Shown here piece by piece: positions 37,637 to 49,424 of a DNA stretch of 64,000 bases. Below the pieces are notes generated by a model. That model saw only the letters and a program-made list of their open reading frames with translations. It had not been told where the DNA came from and ran no database searches. The position numbers were made by a program, and so were the translations under genes. Source of the DNA: Antechinus flavipes (Eukaryota); contig NC_067400.1 in NCBI RefSeq assembly GCF_016432865.1, forward strand, positions 555,024,001-555,088,000. Direction: 5' to 3'. Numbering within the stretch: the first letter of the stretch is position 1; each line of letters begins with the position of its first letter.

Positions 37637-39357
37637 TAAGTCTTCTGAGACATTACCTGTCATCTGCTCATTAGCCTGAACTTAGATTATCCATTTAAGG
37701 GTTAGAACAGCCTAGGCTTTGCTCAAAATAAGAATTAGCATCTCTGACCTGAGGGCTTCAAGGGAGACTTAGAAACAGAAATATCCAGATTTTATTCAGT
37801 AAAGAAAACAATCTGTCTGATATGTCATATTATCTGACATTCTCAAGCTCTTCCTTTTATCTGAATAATTCCCTCCACACATCCCTCAAATCTAATTTAA
37901 GCAATTGGTTTTAGAGGCTAGTGTAGTAAGGCACTCATTGGCTTTTTGTCTGTCTGGTTTGAGTTTACTTTAGTATGGGTAGACCTGGTTGAGAATCTCA
38001 CAAAAACTATGAAAAGGATATAACTAATGTTAGTAGAGGGAATGACCATTCTGAGGAAATCAGGGCTTTGAAATTATTTTGAAGCATATGAAATTCCTTT
38101 AATGATTTGGTATGTATATGAATCTGTCTTCCCATCTCCACCTCTCCCACATATGCCAGAAGGAGAAATTTCTGTAAAGAACAGCCCATTTTGTTTGATT
38201 GGGAACTAGGGAATTAACAGGGCCTTCTAGACACTTAGGGTACCCCATGGGATTTAAAATGCTAACATAAGAGCTCAGAATCATCACTTTGGTGAAGGAA
38301 GAGGTGGAATTTGTATCAGGAAAAGAAAGGCAGGTAAGAATAACAAACAAAAAAAAAAAGCACAATAGAAACTAATGAATGAATTACATGTGATATAGAA
38401 AGGGGATGCTAAATAATCACCTAGGAGTGTGAAATAAATTCAGTAAAAGAAGCATCAAAGAGATCAGGAGTTTTGGGAGCAGAGAACTGAGGTGGGTGAG
38501 AATATACATCTTGATGTTTTTATTTTCATTTTCAATCACAAATATACATATAAATACTATAGGTTACAAGGAATGAACTAAGAAGAAGAAGGGAGAAGGA
38601 ACTAGATATCAAGAATAAGAAAAGATTTATAATGGGGGGGGGGGTAAAAGTAAATATTAATCTTTCTTTAAGCAAAGCTGAGCTCCTGGGGGCAAGGGAG
38701 CAGGAACTGACTACTTAGGACATATTGTTTTAAAAAAACAGATTTCATCCCATGATAATACAGTGAGAATTAGACATGAAAGCAATTGGATGTAGTGAGC
38801 ATAATATTCTTCTTTGGTCACTGGATAACTACAAGATAACGAACAATCGAACTGACATACAGATGGCTTTCATTATTCTCTTCCTCTCAGTATCTTAAGA
38901 AATAAAACAAAAATAAAAATACAAAACTATACTTTTATTTAGGTCAACAAACTCAACTCAAAGTACTTTAAAAATAAAAGGCTGACCATTCAGTCAAATA
39001 GTGGTTATAAAAAATTGCACTGATGGGGATAATGGCTCCTACTAAGCAGCTATTAAACAGCCTGTTAGTTTGGGAACAGAAGTGTTCTCAAGGGTACATT
39101 TTACTATCCTGCTTAAATTCTGAAGTGCTTAGGTCTAGCCAGTTCAGGCTTAATAACAATGAAATGCTTGTAAACAGATGAGACTGAATTAAATTAAAGA
39201 GGGAACAAGGATTGAAACCTTTATGAGGACAGATAAGACGCTAATGAAACAGTTATTTCTCTCCAACATGGATTCTTTCTTCCATTCACCCACAATCGGT
39301 CCTTTTCCCAAAGATTACTGCTTTCTATAATTTACTAAGAAAATACTTAAGGATTGT

Positions 39358-39515
39358 NNNNNNNNNNNNNNNNNNNNNNNNNNNNNNNNNNNNNNNNNNN
39401 NNNNNNNNNNNNNNNNNNNNNNNNNNNNNNNNNNNNNNNNNNNNNNNNNNNNNNNNNNNNNNNNNNNNNNNNNNNNNNNNNNNNNNNNNNNNNNNNNNNN
39501 NNNNNNNNNNNNNNN
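39358..39515. other. Assembly gap (158 N)
   Basis: Run of N. Confidence 1.
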
Positions 39516-42500
39516 TTCTAAGGAACGTGGAAATCATATAGACAGAATATTGAGACATGTCCCTGGAACAGCCAGATCCAGAATGCCATGATTTCTCAGA
39601 AAACAAGATAAAGGATAAAATGTAGAGATTAGAGTGGAACATCTCACTTCTTTAGAACCCCAAGGTTGACAGAGCATCATCTTTATGGTGTTTTGGTTAA
39701 TTAAGTGAATGAAGTATTATTTTCATTTTACAGAAAAGTGTCAGACAGAAATGGCAAGGACTTAGGCAAGATCTCATAGATAACCTAGGTCAGAGGCAGG
39801 ATTCAAAGTCATATCTTCTTATTTTGTGTCTAGAGTTCTTTCCAGCAATCTGTCCTGCTAAGCTAGTGATTTAGAAACAAAATCACAACTAGAATGTATT
39901 GAACTAGACTTTTTCCAAGGAGTTGATTCACAGGGATAGATAGTCAAACTTCTAACTTCAAGGCTTTCTGCTTGCAGGTTCATCATACTAATGAAGCAAA
40001 ACCATACTCAGAGAGCACCATAGGCAGACCCCACTTATACATTCATTTTTTACATGTATGTATGTATGCATCTATCTCTGTCTCTTTAAAGAGGGATAGA
40101 ATGGATCACTGCACACAACTGAATTTGTATGAAGTTCAATAACTCCTAGCCATGCCTAGATTTATACATTCATAGATAGAATCAGAAGGAGGTGCGTTTA
40201 TTAGGAAGTGCAATAGATACAGAATTGTGCATGGAATCAGGAACACTCCCCTCCCTGAGTTCAAACATGGCCTTACATACTTAAAACAGCTGTGACCCTG
40301 GGCAAGTTACTTATCCCTATTTGCCTCTGTTTCCTCATCTGTAAAAAGAGCTCAAGAAGAAAATGGCAAGTTACTCTGTCATCTTTACCTGGAATACCCC
40401 AAATAAGATCACAAAGAGTCAGAAAAAAACTTGAAACTAAAAAAACAAGTATAATCAATATGTGCTCAATAGAATTCCAGATGGGATGCAACGTTCTTTT
40501 TTTCTCTAGGCCTCAGAAACCCCATGTTTCCTGGCCAAATACTGAGTATCCTTTCAAGGGGATGTGGCCATTCATTCCATAGTCAGAGATTAGAGAAAAA
40601 ATTTAAAGCATCAGTGTGGGGGATTTCTATGACACTTAGTATTACAATTCACTTCACTACCATATAGCATATCCAGAAGTTATAAACAGAGTCCTGAGTG
40701 GGTGGATAGCACCAAAAGGAAGAAACAAAAGAAAGAACAGTTTGTACCATCAAAGAAGAAGGAGATGCATCATTGTTTTGCTGAAGGTTATCTTGGTTAT
40801 GTAGCTTAAGATCCCATTAATAGACAGAAGATGAAAAAATAGAAATGTAGCAATTGTCCACAGACTGATAGAGCAGAAGAACTTGAAAAAAAAAACATAT
40901 AACATATAAATAAACTCCAAGAGATTCATCTTTTCCCATCAATTGATTGCTGAGCAACTAAATAACAAAGAAAGTTTGATGAGATCTCTTTGCCATGAGA
41001 GAAGAAATTAAAGGAAAGAAGCAGAGTGTGAGAACAAGAGAGAAAGATGGGGGGAGTGTCCTGTTGAGGTCAAGTGGGAGTATTTGTGCATAGAACTACA
41101 TAATCCCTTTGTGGAAAAAGCAAAAGAATGTGGGTACCTGTGTTTGAATGTGAATGAGAGAGAAAACTAGAGACAGAAAGACTGACACAGAGAAAAGAGG
41201 AAACAAACAAGAGAGAGACAGAGGCAGACAAAATATATGTTTGTCTTCCATGCATGACAATTTCATTTTATTCACATACAAGTATTTGTATCTATGTATT
41301 GTTGATAAAGAACACAGCTGTATGTATGAGAATATTTATCTAGGAGCATATGTAGTTGAAGCATCTGTCTGGCACAGTGGCTTTAGATCCCAGGCCATAG
41401 GTAAGAAAACATCACAAATCTGGCCTCAGATACTTAACTAGATATGTGACTCCAGGAAAGTCACTTAATCCTGTTTGCCTCAGTTCCTCATTGTAAAATT
41501 ACTTGGAAAAGAAAATGGCCAATCATTCCAGTTTCTTTGCCAAGAAAACCCCAAATAGGGTCAGGAAGAATCAGACATGACTGAACAGAATATGTCGTTG
41601 TCCATGAATTGTAGAGGAGAGTCTGAGAGAGATCTTATAGTCATAGTGAGTATGAAAGTTTGTACATTTCTGTGGAATAGTAAGGTGTATTTACTTATAT
41701 TTGTTTTCTTAGTGCTTAGCCCAGCAATTGACATAGAACAAGAAAATAATTATTTAAAATGTTTTTCTTTTTCATTCATGCATTCATTTGTTTATTTGTG
41801 CCTAAGATGAATTTATCTGGATATTTCTGAGTTTGTGTATAAGAAACTCCAAATATGTTCAAGTTAATGACATAAATCCATAAATGTGTCATTTCTCAAT
41901 TTGGTCTTAGTGTCTGGGTTCCTTTCTGTACCAGGTGTACTCTTATTCCTCCCTCTAGGATCTAGGATCAGTTCAAATGCTACTTCCTCCATATAGTTTT
42001 CTTTAATTATCATCACAAAAAGTGATCTAGTCTTCTCCCAGGTCTTTGCACATGCTTCCACTTGACAATGTATCTTAGGCATTTGACTTTATGTCTCATC
42101 TCTACAATGAGAATGGAAACTCATGGGTCAAAAGCCATTACAAAAACCATTACATTCAACTGTGTCTCATCACAATGTCATTAGTAGGAATAGAGCAATG
42201 AGTAACTACACTGAAGTAACAATAGACTGTGTTCCTATAGCAATGGACAGTTAATAAGAAATTTTTGTCAGCAATCTTGTGTGTCAAATAATTCAATTGA
42301 TAAGAATTTATGGAGCAGCTACTGAGCACCAGGACCTGTGCAACCTATAAATACAATTATTTTATTTTAATTTATGAAATCATACAAACATTTAGATCAT
42401 ATAGTATAATAATAAAAAAGATGATTGCCCATGAAGCAAAAGAGTTTTTACTGTCAAGAAGCTTAGTTCTAAGATGGTAGAGAGGTAGCATAGTATGTGT

Positions 42501-42716
42501 ACATATAAATGAATATAAAATATGTACCACATAACCAGTATAGAGGCACATATTTGATATTACAAGAAGTTTGTTAATAATAAAACAGGTATTATACAGT
42601 AGAAGGGTAGAGAAAAGTAGGATATGGACACCAGGAGGATGGGGATGACATGAATGGGTTTAGCGAAGAAGAGCGTGGTTTCTGTGGAAAGGAGTTTTGG
42701 CCACAGCAACATTTTC

Positions 42717-43504
42717 TTTTCTTTTTAAAATTTTTTTAATTTTCAGTAATTATTTTATTTTTCCAAATACATGTAAAGATTGTTTTCAATATTTGTTTTC
42801 GTAAGACTTTGTGTTCCAAATTTTTCTCCCTCCCTCCCTTACCTTTCCTCTTCTACATAAATGTTAGTTAGAAAGTATTATTTTCTTTTTTAGGTTTCAA
42901 CATTAATATTTATTTATTTATTTATTATAGCCTTTTATTTACAAGTTATATGTATAGGTAATTTTACAGCATTGACAATTGCCAAACCTTTTGTTCCAAT
43001 TTTTCCCCTCCTTCTCCCCATCCCCTCCCCCCATGATAGGTTGACTAATACATGTTAAATATGTTAAAAGTATAAATTAAATATAATATAAGTATACATG
43101 TCCAAACAGTTATTTTGCTGTACAAAAAGAATTCGACTTTGAAATAATGTACTATTAGCCTGTGAAGGAAATCAAAAATGCAGGCAAACAAAAATATAGG
43201 GATTGGGAATTCTATATAATGGTTCAGTCATCTCCCACAGTTCTTTCACTGGGTGTAGTTGGTTCAATTCATTACTACTCCATTGGAACTGATTTGGTTC
43301 ATCTCATTTCTGGAGATGGCCACATCCATCAGAATCGATCATCATATAGTTTTGTTGTTGAAGTATATAATGATCTCCTGGTCCTCTCATTTCACTCAGC
43401 ATCAGTTCATGTAAGTCTCTCCAGGCCTTTCTGAAATCATTCTGCTGGTCATTTCTTACATAACAATAATATTCCATAATATTCGTATACCACAATTTAT
43501 TTAG
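42717..43504 (-). mobile_element. Composite L1 insertion (young L1 3' end, unique spacer, older L1 3' end) with 15-bp TSD
   Basis: TSD CACAGCAACATTTTC (42702-42716) and CATGGCAACATTTTC (43505-43519). The empty site is present in modules A (about 1031-1045) and C (about 11030-11050). Confidence 0.85.
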
Positions 43505-44999
43505 CATGGCAACATTTTCCAAGTGGAACCATATAGTATTACATTGTCAAGTCCTAAAAAAGATGTAAAGATAATTTTTTTTCTAATGAAGTACATTTTA
43601 TTGATATGCTTTGCTTTTAATGTCTAATTTGTTTCATGTATTTTCATCCCAGAATATTATGCCATATCAAAAAATATTTCAAAGAAAATAGAAACATTAA
43701 TCAATAAAATGGTTGAATACATGCAACAAATATGAAAATATATGTCTCTATGTCTACAAAGGAAATAAATGAAATGTCTCTTTATATCTTTATTTCATTT
43801 GTAATTTGTTAACAGACTTTCAACTTTCATGGTAGTTATTTACATTGCTGTGATGATTGTGCATATAGTTTTCTTGCTCTTGATTACAATATTATGATGA
43901 ATGTCAGTCACAGATATATTTTGGGTATGTCCAAATGTCAGACTTCTGGCAGCTTTTCCTGCCTTATATTTATTGCAAATGTGGTAGATTACTAGGATTA
44001 AACTTGCAATACAAGTACTTCATCCAGGTAAGTTTTGCCCAGGATACACTTAAATATGGAATAGATTCGGTCCCCTAGATAACTCAGAGAAGTCTTTTTC
44101 TCCCTTCTAGTATTTGTAATCAGCATGGTGTGAGATAAGTTGCAGGATCTCTTTGCATTTCTTGGTCATAGAATAAAGATGAGCTAACAGAATCCTGGAG
44201 TAATATAAGTAATACTATCTCCAGTTTTATTGGTGGGGAAGTTGAAACTAGAGAAGAGAAGCTAATTGTTATGGTAGCAAAGTTAGTCAGAGTTAGCATA
44301 TCTCATCATTTTTAACTCTGATTAGTAGTTCTTTCCATTTCTACAAAGCTAATTATAGTGTGACCTATTTATCTGAAAACAGGACAGTTTCTACATATGA
44401 GTAATGATTTTACAAATGTATAACGGTGTGCTTATGTTCACAAGTACAAATGTCTGGAAATAATCCTTTTAATAAATTACCATATGTAAATACATATGCA
44501 GAATAAGTTTGTCCATTATTATCTGTTATGTGCTTAGGAAATTTTCATGAGTATTAAGATAGTTGTAGAGACAGTTGTGTTGTAAAGAGTATATTTCAAG
44601 GGGAATGATAATTTGAGGGACTATTGTCCTAGTATGACATGCTTCAGAATGACTAGGAATTATCCATTTTGCTTTTGCTTTTCTCTGACAATATTTAAAC
44701 TGCAGAAATGAACACAGAAGCAATAGTGTTCCTCAGACTAGGGTCTCTAAATCCTTGTGTCTGGATCCCAAGTGCTACTTAACTTTTTTTCTTTGTTTTA
44801 TGAAATAATACAAGTATTTCCATAACAGCACAATCAAAAAGATGATTGCAAATGAAATACCAAATTTACTATGCACAACATGCTATCTTTTTCAAATATA
44901 CAACAGAATTATCACACAGATTATATAATAACAGTAAATTCCTTTTTTCTTCTTCTCTCCCCTTCTCCTGCTCTAGAGATAGCCATCTTCATATATAGA

Positions 45000-45393
45000 T
45001 AGTTGTGTGGATGGTTGGTTAGTTATTGCCCTTTGTTCATCAAGAGAGCCAAAATGACATCACTATGTTAGAGTGAAGTTACAGTGTGTCTGACTGTGGT
45101 TGATCAAACTAATAAGAGCTCGGAGTGCTCTGCCACCAGTTGAACACAAACAGTCCATAAGAACATTTGGGATGCCTTCTCTACCTACACATCTCACATT
45201 TCTTCTGAGCTAAATCAATTCTGTTTTGCTCATAGAGGACAGAACCTTCTCTGATGAGGGCATGTCATGCTGGGCAGTCCTATGCCAGTGTCTCCCATGT
45301 CAGACAATTGATTCTAAAGTTCTTAAGAGATGCCTTGAGACTGTCCTTATATTGCTTTTTCTGAATATCTTATGAGCACTTGCCCTGTGTGAG
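45000..45393 (-). mobile_element. RTE-clade LINE 3' fragment
   Basis: GTTGGTTAGTTATTGCCCTTTGTTCATCAAGAGAGCCAAAATGACATCAC... resembles marsupial RTE/WallSI 3' ends as recalled. Confidence 0.55.
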
Positions 45394-45415
45394 TAAAAAA
45401 AAAAAAAACTACATA

Positions 45416-45420
<5 letters not shown>

Positions 45421-45450
<30 letters not shown>
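45421..45450. repeat. (GT)15 microsatellite
   Basis: Direct count. Confidence 0.95.
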
Positions 45451-45453
<3 letters not shown>

Positions 45454-45459
45454 AACACA

Positions 45460-46600
45460 TAATATGTATAGACATTTATAAATATTTTTACATGTATAAT
45501 ACAATTATTCTATACACATTTCATTTAATCAGTTCTTTCTCTGAATGTAGACAGTATCTTTCTTCCTATATCCTTTATAGTAAGTTTGGATATTTATGAG
45601 TCAAAAGAACTCATTGCCTCACAGTTGTTCTTATAACAATATTATTGTTACTGTAGACAATGGCTATTCTTCATTGTTTCATACAAGCATTTCCATGTTT
45701 TTTCTAAAATCATTTAACTTTTATAGCACAGTGTAATTTCAGCACAGTCACATACCACTACTTGGCAAACTAATGGGCATTTCTTCAATTTCCAATTCTT
45801 TGCATCAGAGAAAGAGAGTTACTACCCTAATCATCTTTGGAAATGAACCAAGTAGCATTATTTCTGGGTCAAAGGTTATAGGTAGTTTAATAACTCTGGT
45901 CACAATTCTAGATTAGTTTTAGGTCACAATTTTAGCAAAAATGAATTAATATCCCAATTTGTTCACATCCCTTCCAACATTTGTCTCTCCTTTTATCATT
46001 TTAGTCAATCTGGTAGGTATACAATATATCTCAAATTTGTTTTAATTTTTATTTCTTTAATCAATAATGATTTAGAGCATTTTTTCATGTGGTGATAAAT
46101 TGTTTTGATTTCCTCATACTTGTTCATATCTTTTGACCATTTATGAATTAGGGAATGACATATAATTATAGATTTGACAGAGTTCTTTATATAAATTAGA
46201 TTTATTTAAGAAACTATTCATGAATCCCACTCAATTGTCTGTTTTTCTTCAAGTCTTGGCTACATTCATTTGGTTTTCACAAAATCTTTTTAATATAATC
46301 AAATTTGTTCATTTTTATACCTGACTTACCTGTCTTCCTTATGCATCTCTATAAGTCTAATAAAGAATAGGTCCCATATTCTAATTTTCGTTTAATATCT
46401 CTATTTATATCTGGATCATATGAGCATTTTTACTTCATCTTGGTAAATAATATAAACGATTTGTCTATATTCAGTTTCTGCTTTACTACTTTCCAATTGT
46501 CCCAAAAGTTTTTTACCAAGTAATGAATTCTTGATATTAACTCTTAGGGATACTTGCTTTTCTATTTGAAACCTTATTTTTTCAGACAAACCAAAGCTAT
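45460..46600 (-). mobile_element. Old L1 fragments
   Basis: Reverse-complement L1 3' UTR and ORF2 pieces (AATGGGCATTTCTTCAATTTCCAATTCTTTGC, TTGTTCATATCTTTTGACCATTTA). Confidence 0.65.
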
Positions 46601-46796
46601 TAAAGAGAGTTATCATAAATGATATCTTCAAAGAAATAAGAAGTAAAATCAGGGCAAAAAAAAAAAAAAAAAAACACCCTTGTCTCTCTTCCCCTTCTGC
46701 GCTGATCAAATTGTACTTTTCTATCTAACTAATAATAGAATGTTCTTTCATTTCAGGAGCTGTCTCCTAAGCAAAATATCCCGTGCTGGTGATACC

Positions 46797-47747
46797 ATGT
46801 TTACACCGAATGATTCTCATGTCAATCATCACAGTTTTTTGCTGACAGGGATACCAGGAATGCCAGAAAAGAACCCCTGGATGGCATTCTCATTGGGAAT
46901 ACTATACACCCTCACTCTTCTTGGCAACGGAACTATCTTATCCATTATTAAGATCGATAACAGCCTCCATGAACCCATGTACTATTTTCTCTCTATTTTG
47001 GCACTGACTGATGTGGGTCTCTCTGTGTCTACCCTGCCCACAATGCTCAGTATCTTCTGGTTCAATGCTCCTGAAATCCCTTTTGATAACTGTATCACTC
47101 AGATGTTTTTTATACATTTATTTGGAATCATGGAATCTGGAGTATTGGTGTCTATGGCCTTTGATCGCTTTGTAGCGATTCGGGATCCATTGCGTTACAC
47201 TTCCATTCTCACTTCTGGAGTCATTGGCAAGATTGGAGTAGCGGTCCTTGCCCGTGCTGTCTGTGTAGTCCTTCCTGTGCCCTTTCTTATTAAGAGACTG
47301 CCTTTCTGCCGCTCTAATGTCCTCTCCCACTCTTATTGTCTTCACCAGGATGCCATGCGACTTGCCTGTGCTAGCACACGTGTCAATATTCTTTATGGCC
47401 TTTTTGGTGCCATTTTTACTTTGGGGTTGGATGTCCTAATCATTCTCTTTTCTTATGTGCTCATCTTGAAGACTGTGCTGGGCATTGCTTCATGGGCTGA
47501 GAGACTCAAAGCCTTCAATACCTGCTTCTCTCACATTTGTGCTTTGTTGCTTTTATACATACCCTTCATTGGTGTCACCATGGTTCACCGCTTTGGAAAG
47601 CACCTATCACCCATTATACACACAGTGATGGCCAATGTGTATCTGTTACTCCCACCTGTACTTAACCCCATCATCTACAGTATAAAAACTAAGCAGATTC
47701 GTAAGAGGATAGTCCAAGTATTCTTTAGGAGAAAAGTCAGGACTTAG
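46797..47747 (+). CDS. OR51H1: Class I olfactory receptor, OR51H1-like paralog (316 aa, intact)
   Basis: 282/316 aa identical to the OR at 8184-9134. The start is taken as MFTPNDS at 46797 because the conserved acceptor TTTCATTTCAG (AG at 46755-46756) separates it from the upstream ATG of the ORF track. Confidence 0.95.
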   Translation: MFTPNDSHVNHHSFLLTGIPGMPEKNPWMAFSLGILYTLTLLGNGTILSIIKIDNSLHEPMYYFLSILALTDVGLSVSTLPTMLSIFWFNAPEIPFDNCITQMFFIHLFGIMESGVLVSMAFDRFVAIRDPLRYTSILTSGVIGKIGVAVLARAVCVVLPVPFLIKRLPFCRSNVLSHSYCLHQDAMRLACASTRVNILYGLFGAIFTLGLDVLIILFSYVLILKTVLGIASWAERLKAFNTCFSHICALLLLYIPFIGVTMVHRFGKHLSPIIHTVMANVYLLLPPVLNPIIYSIKTKQIRKRIVQVFFRRKVRT

Positions 47748-47799
47748 TAGATATTTAGGCTGAGAAGAAATGAAGTGAAAATAACCAAGTAGGAAGGGT

Positions 47800-48040
47800 A
47801 ATATTTATAGATATCTACTATGTACTAGGCATTGCACTAAGTGCCTTACAAATATCCCAAATGATCCTCACATCATCCCTGCAAAGCAGGTGTTGTTATG
47901 ATTTTTATTTTAAATTTGAGGAAATTATGACACAGATTAAGTGAATTTCCAGGGTCACTTTGCTACTAAAGTTTTGAGACCAGATTTTAAATCAAGTCTT
48001 TCTGACTCCAGGTCAAGTATTCTTTCCCTGTGCCACCTAC
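47800..48040 (-). mobile_element. MIR-like CORE-SINE
   Basis: CTATGTACTAGGCATTGCACTAAG...GAGGAAATT...TCTGACTCCAGGTC pattern. Confidence 0.65.
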
Positions 48041-49424
48041 TGGGTGATATTGCTAGTAAATAATATGGAAACCACTCCAATTTCCTTGCCATTGGGGGGC
48101 AGGGAAAGAGGATATGTAGATTACTACCAAAATTGAGGATAAATTATATGTCACCTAGATACCATAGTATTTCATATCATTTCATGATTGTAAGATTCTT
48201 CCAATACATGCTTCCATGTTATTTTCATAGATCTATATATTCCTATAGTTGAAAGAATTGTTGTCTAGTCATCAAGGTTAACTAATGCCGGAAGCATAAA
48301 TCTTGTCAAGAATATCCCTGAAGGGATTATCCAGTCTGTTCTTGAAAAATCCCAATAATCTTGTGAAATGGAAAGAATAAGGATTATTATTACAATTCTA
48401 CAAATCAGCAAATGGAGAAAATGAAAAGTGAAGTGACTCATACTTCTACTAAGTGGAAAAGTCAGAATTTTCATTAAAATATTCTAATTCCAAATCCAGT
48501 GTATTTCATATATATCTTACTGAAATGCTCCAATGAACTGATTTCTTCTGTTGGAGGCAGTCTATAGATATACATATATAATGCATGTATGAGAGGAGTT
48601 TTATGAATCCATATTTACACACCTACCTACATTTATGTATAGGATATATAATGTATGTGTGTGATATATACAAATGTGCATATATATGCAATGTACATTT
48701 TCACATATATTTACAATAAGTACCTTCTATATTCTTTCTTGAATTAATAAAGTATTACTGACAGAAGGAAATGTTTACTCAATTTTGAATAAAAAAATCT
48801 AGTTTTGAATCCTAACTTTTCTTCTTATACTTTATATAACCTTTGGCAAAATAAAAATAAAACAATTTAACTAGATTATATCTAAAAAGCTTCCAGCTAT
48901 GAATCTCATGACCAATGATCTGACTTATGAACTCCTTGTTATGAATTATATTAGGCATGAGGTCGACAAATAATTACCTGTCATTGCTGGTAAATGTACT
49001 CTTTGGTTGAATCCTTGTGTCTCTTTTTAGAATTGGAGAAGTAAAATCATTTAATCATTCCATTTTCTCAATGAACTACCTATAGCCTAACTCTAACATT
49101 TATTGAGCATTTCTTATGTATATAATTTAACATGTGTACATTTTGTCTCTCCTTCATAGAATGTAAGCTCCTTGAGGACAAGGAATGTTTTTTCCTTTAT
49201 ATCCCCAAGAACTAACATAGTGCTTTGGTATAGAGAGAAAGCAATTAGTAAATGCTTTGTGATTGTTTGTTGATTGTCTCCATTCCAAGTAGAAATCATA
49301 AAATAATATGTGAGAAAAACAAAAAAATTATCCTTGACAGTCATAATTGTTGTTTATAAGAGTGGAAATCTCTCTTCCCTTATCTTTTGCATGAATGGCC
49401 CTAAATCTGTACAGTGATCTTTTT

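Larger units (their letters stand above)
36800..44720. repeat. Segmental duplication module B (upstream region of the OR at 46797), inverted relative to A and C
   Basis: Reverse-complement collinearity with 55-6900 and with 9330-14820, interrupted by a private L1 insertion at 42717-43504. Confidence 0.93.

Noticed and set aside
38634-38644. G11 run as a possible G-quadruplex
   Set aside because: It is a single homopolymer expanded from C4 in the paralog (about 5051-5054), with no four-tract pattern.
36800-44720. Inverted duplication as an assembly artefact (haplotig duplication)
   Set aside because: The copies differ by roughly 3-17%, with many indels and copy-specific TE insertions, which is too divergent for allelic haplotypes.
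46680-46796. 39-aa N-terminal extension of the 355-aa ORF, and the 20-aa extension at 26679-26738
   Set aside because: Both cross a conserved polypyrimidine/AG splice acceptor, so they are intronic or 5' UTR. The paralog alignment and typical OR length support the downstream ATG.
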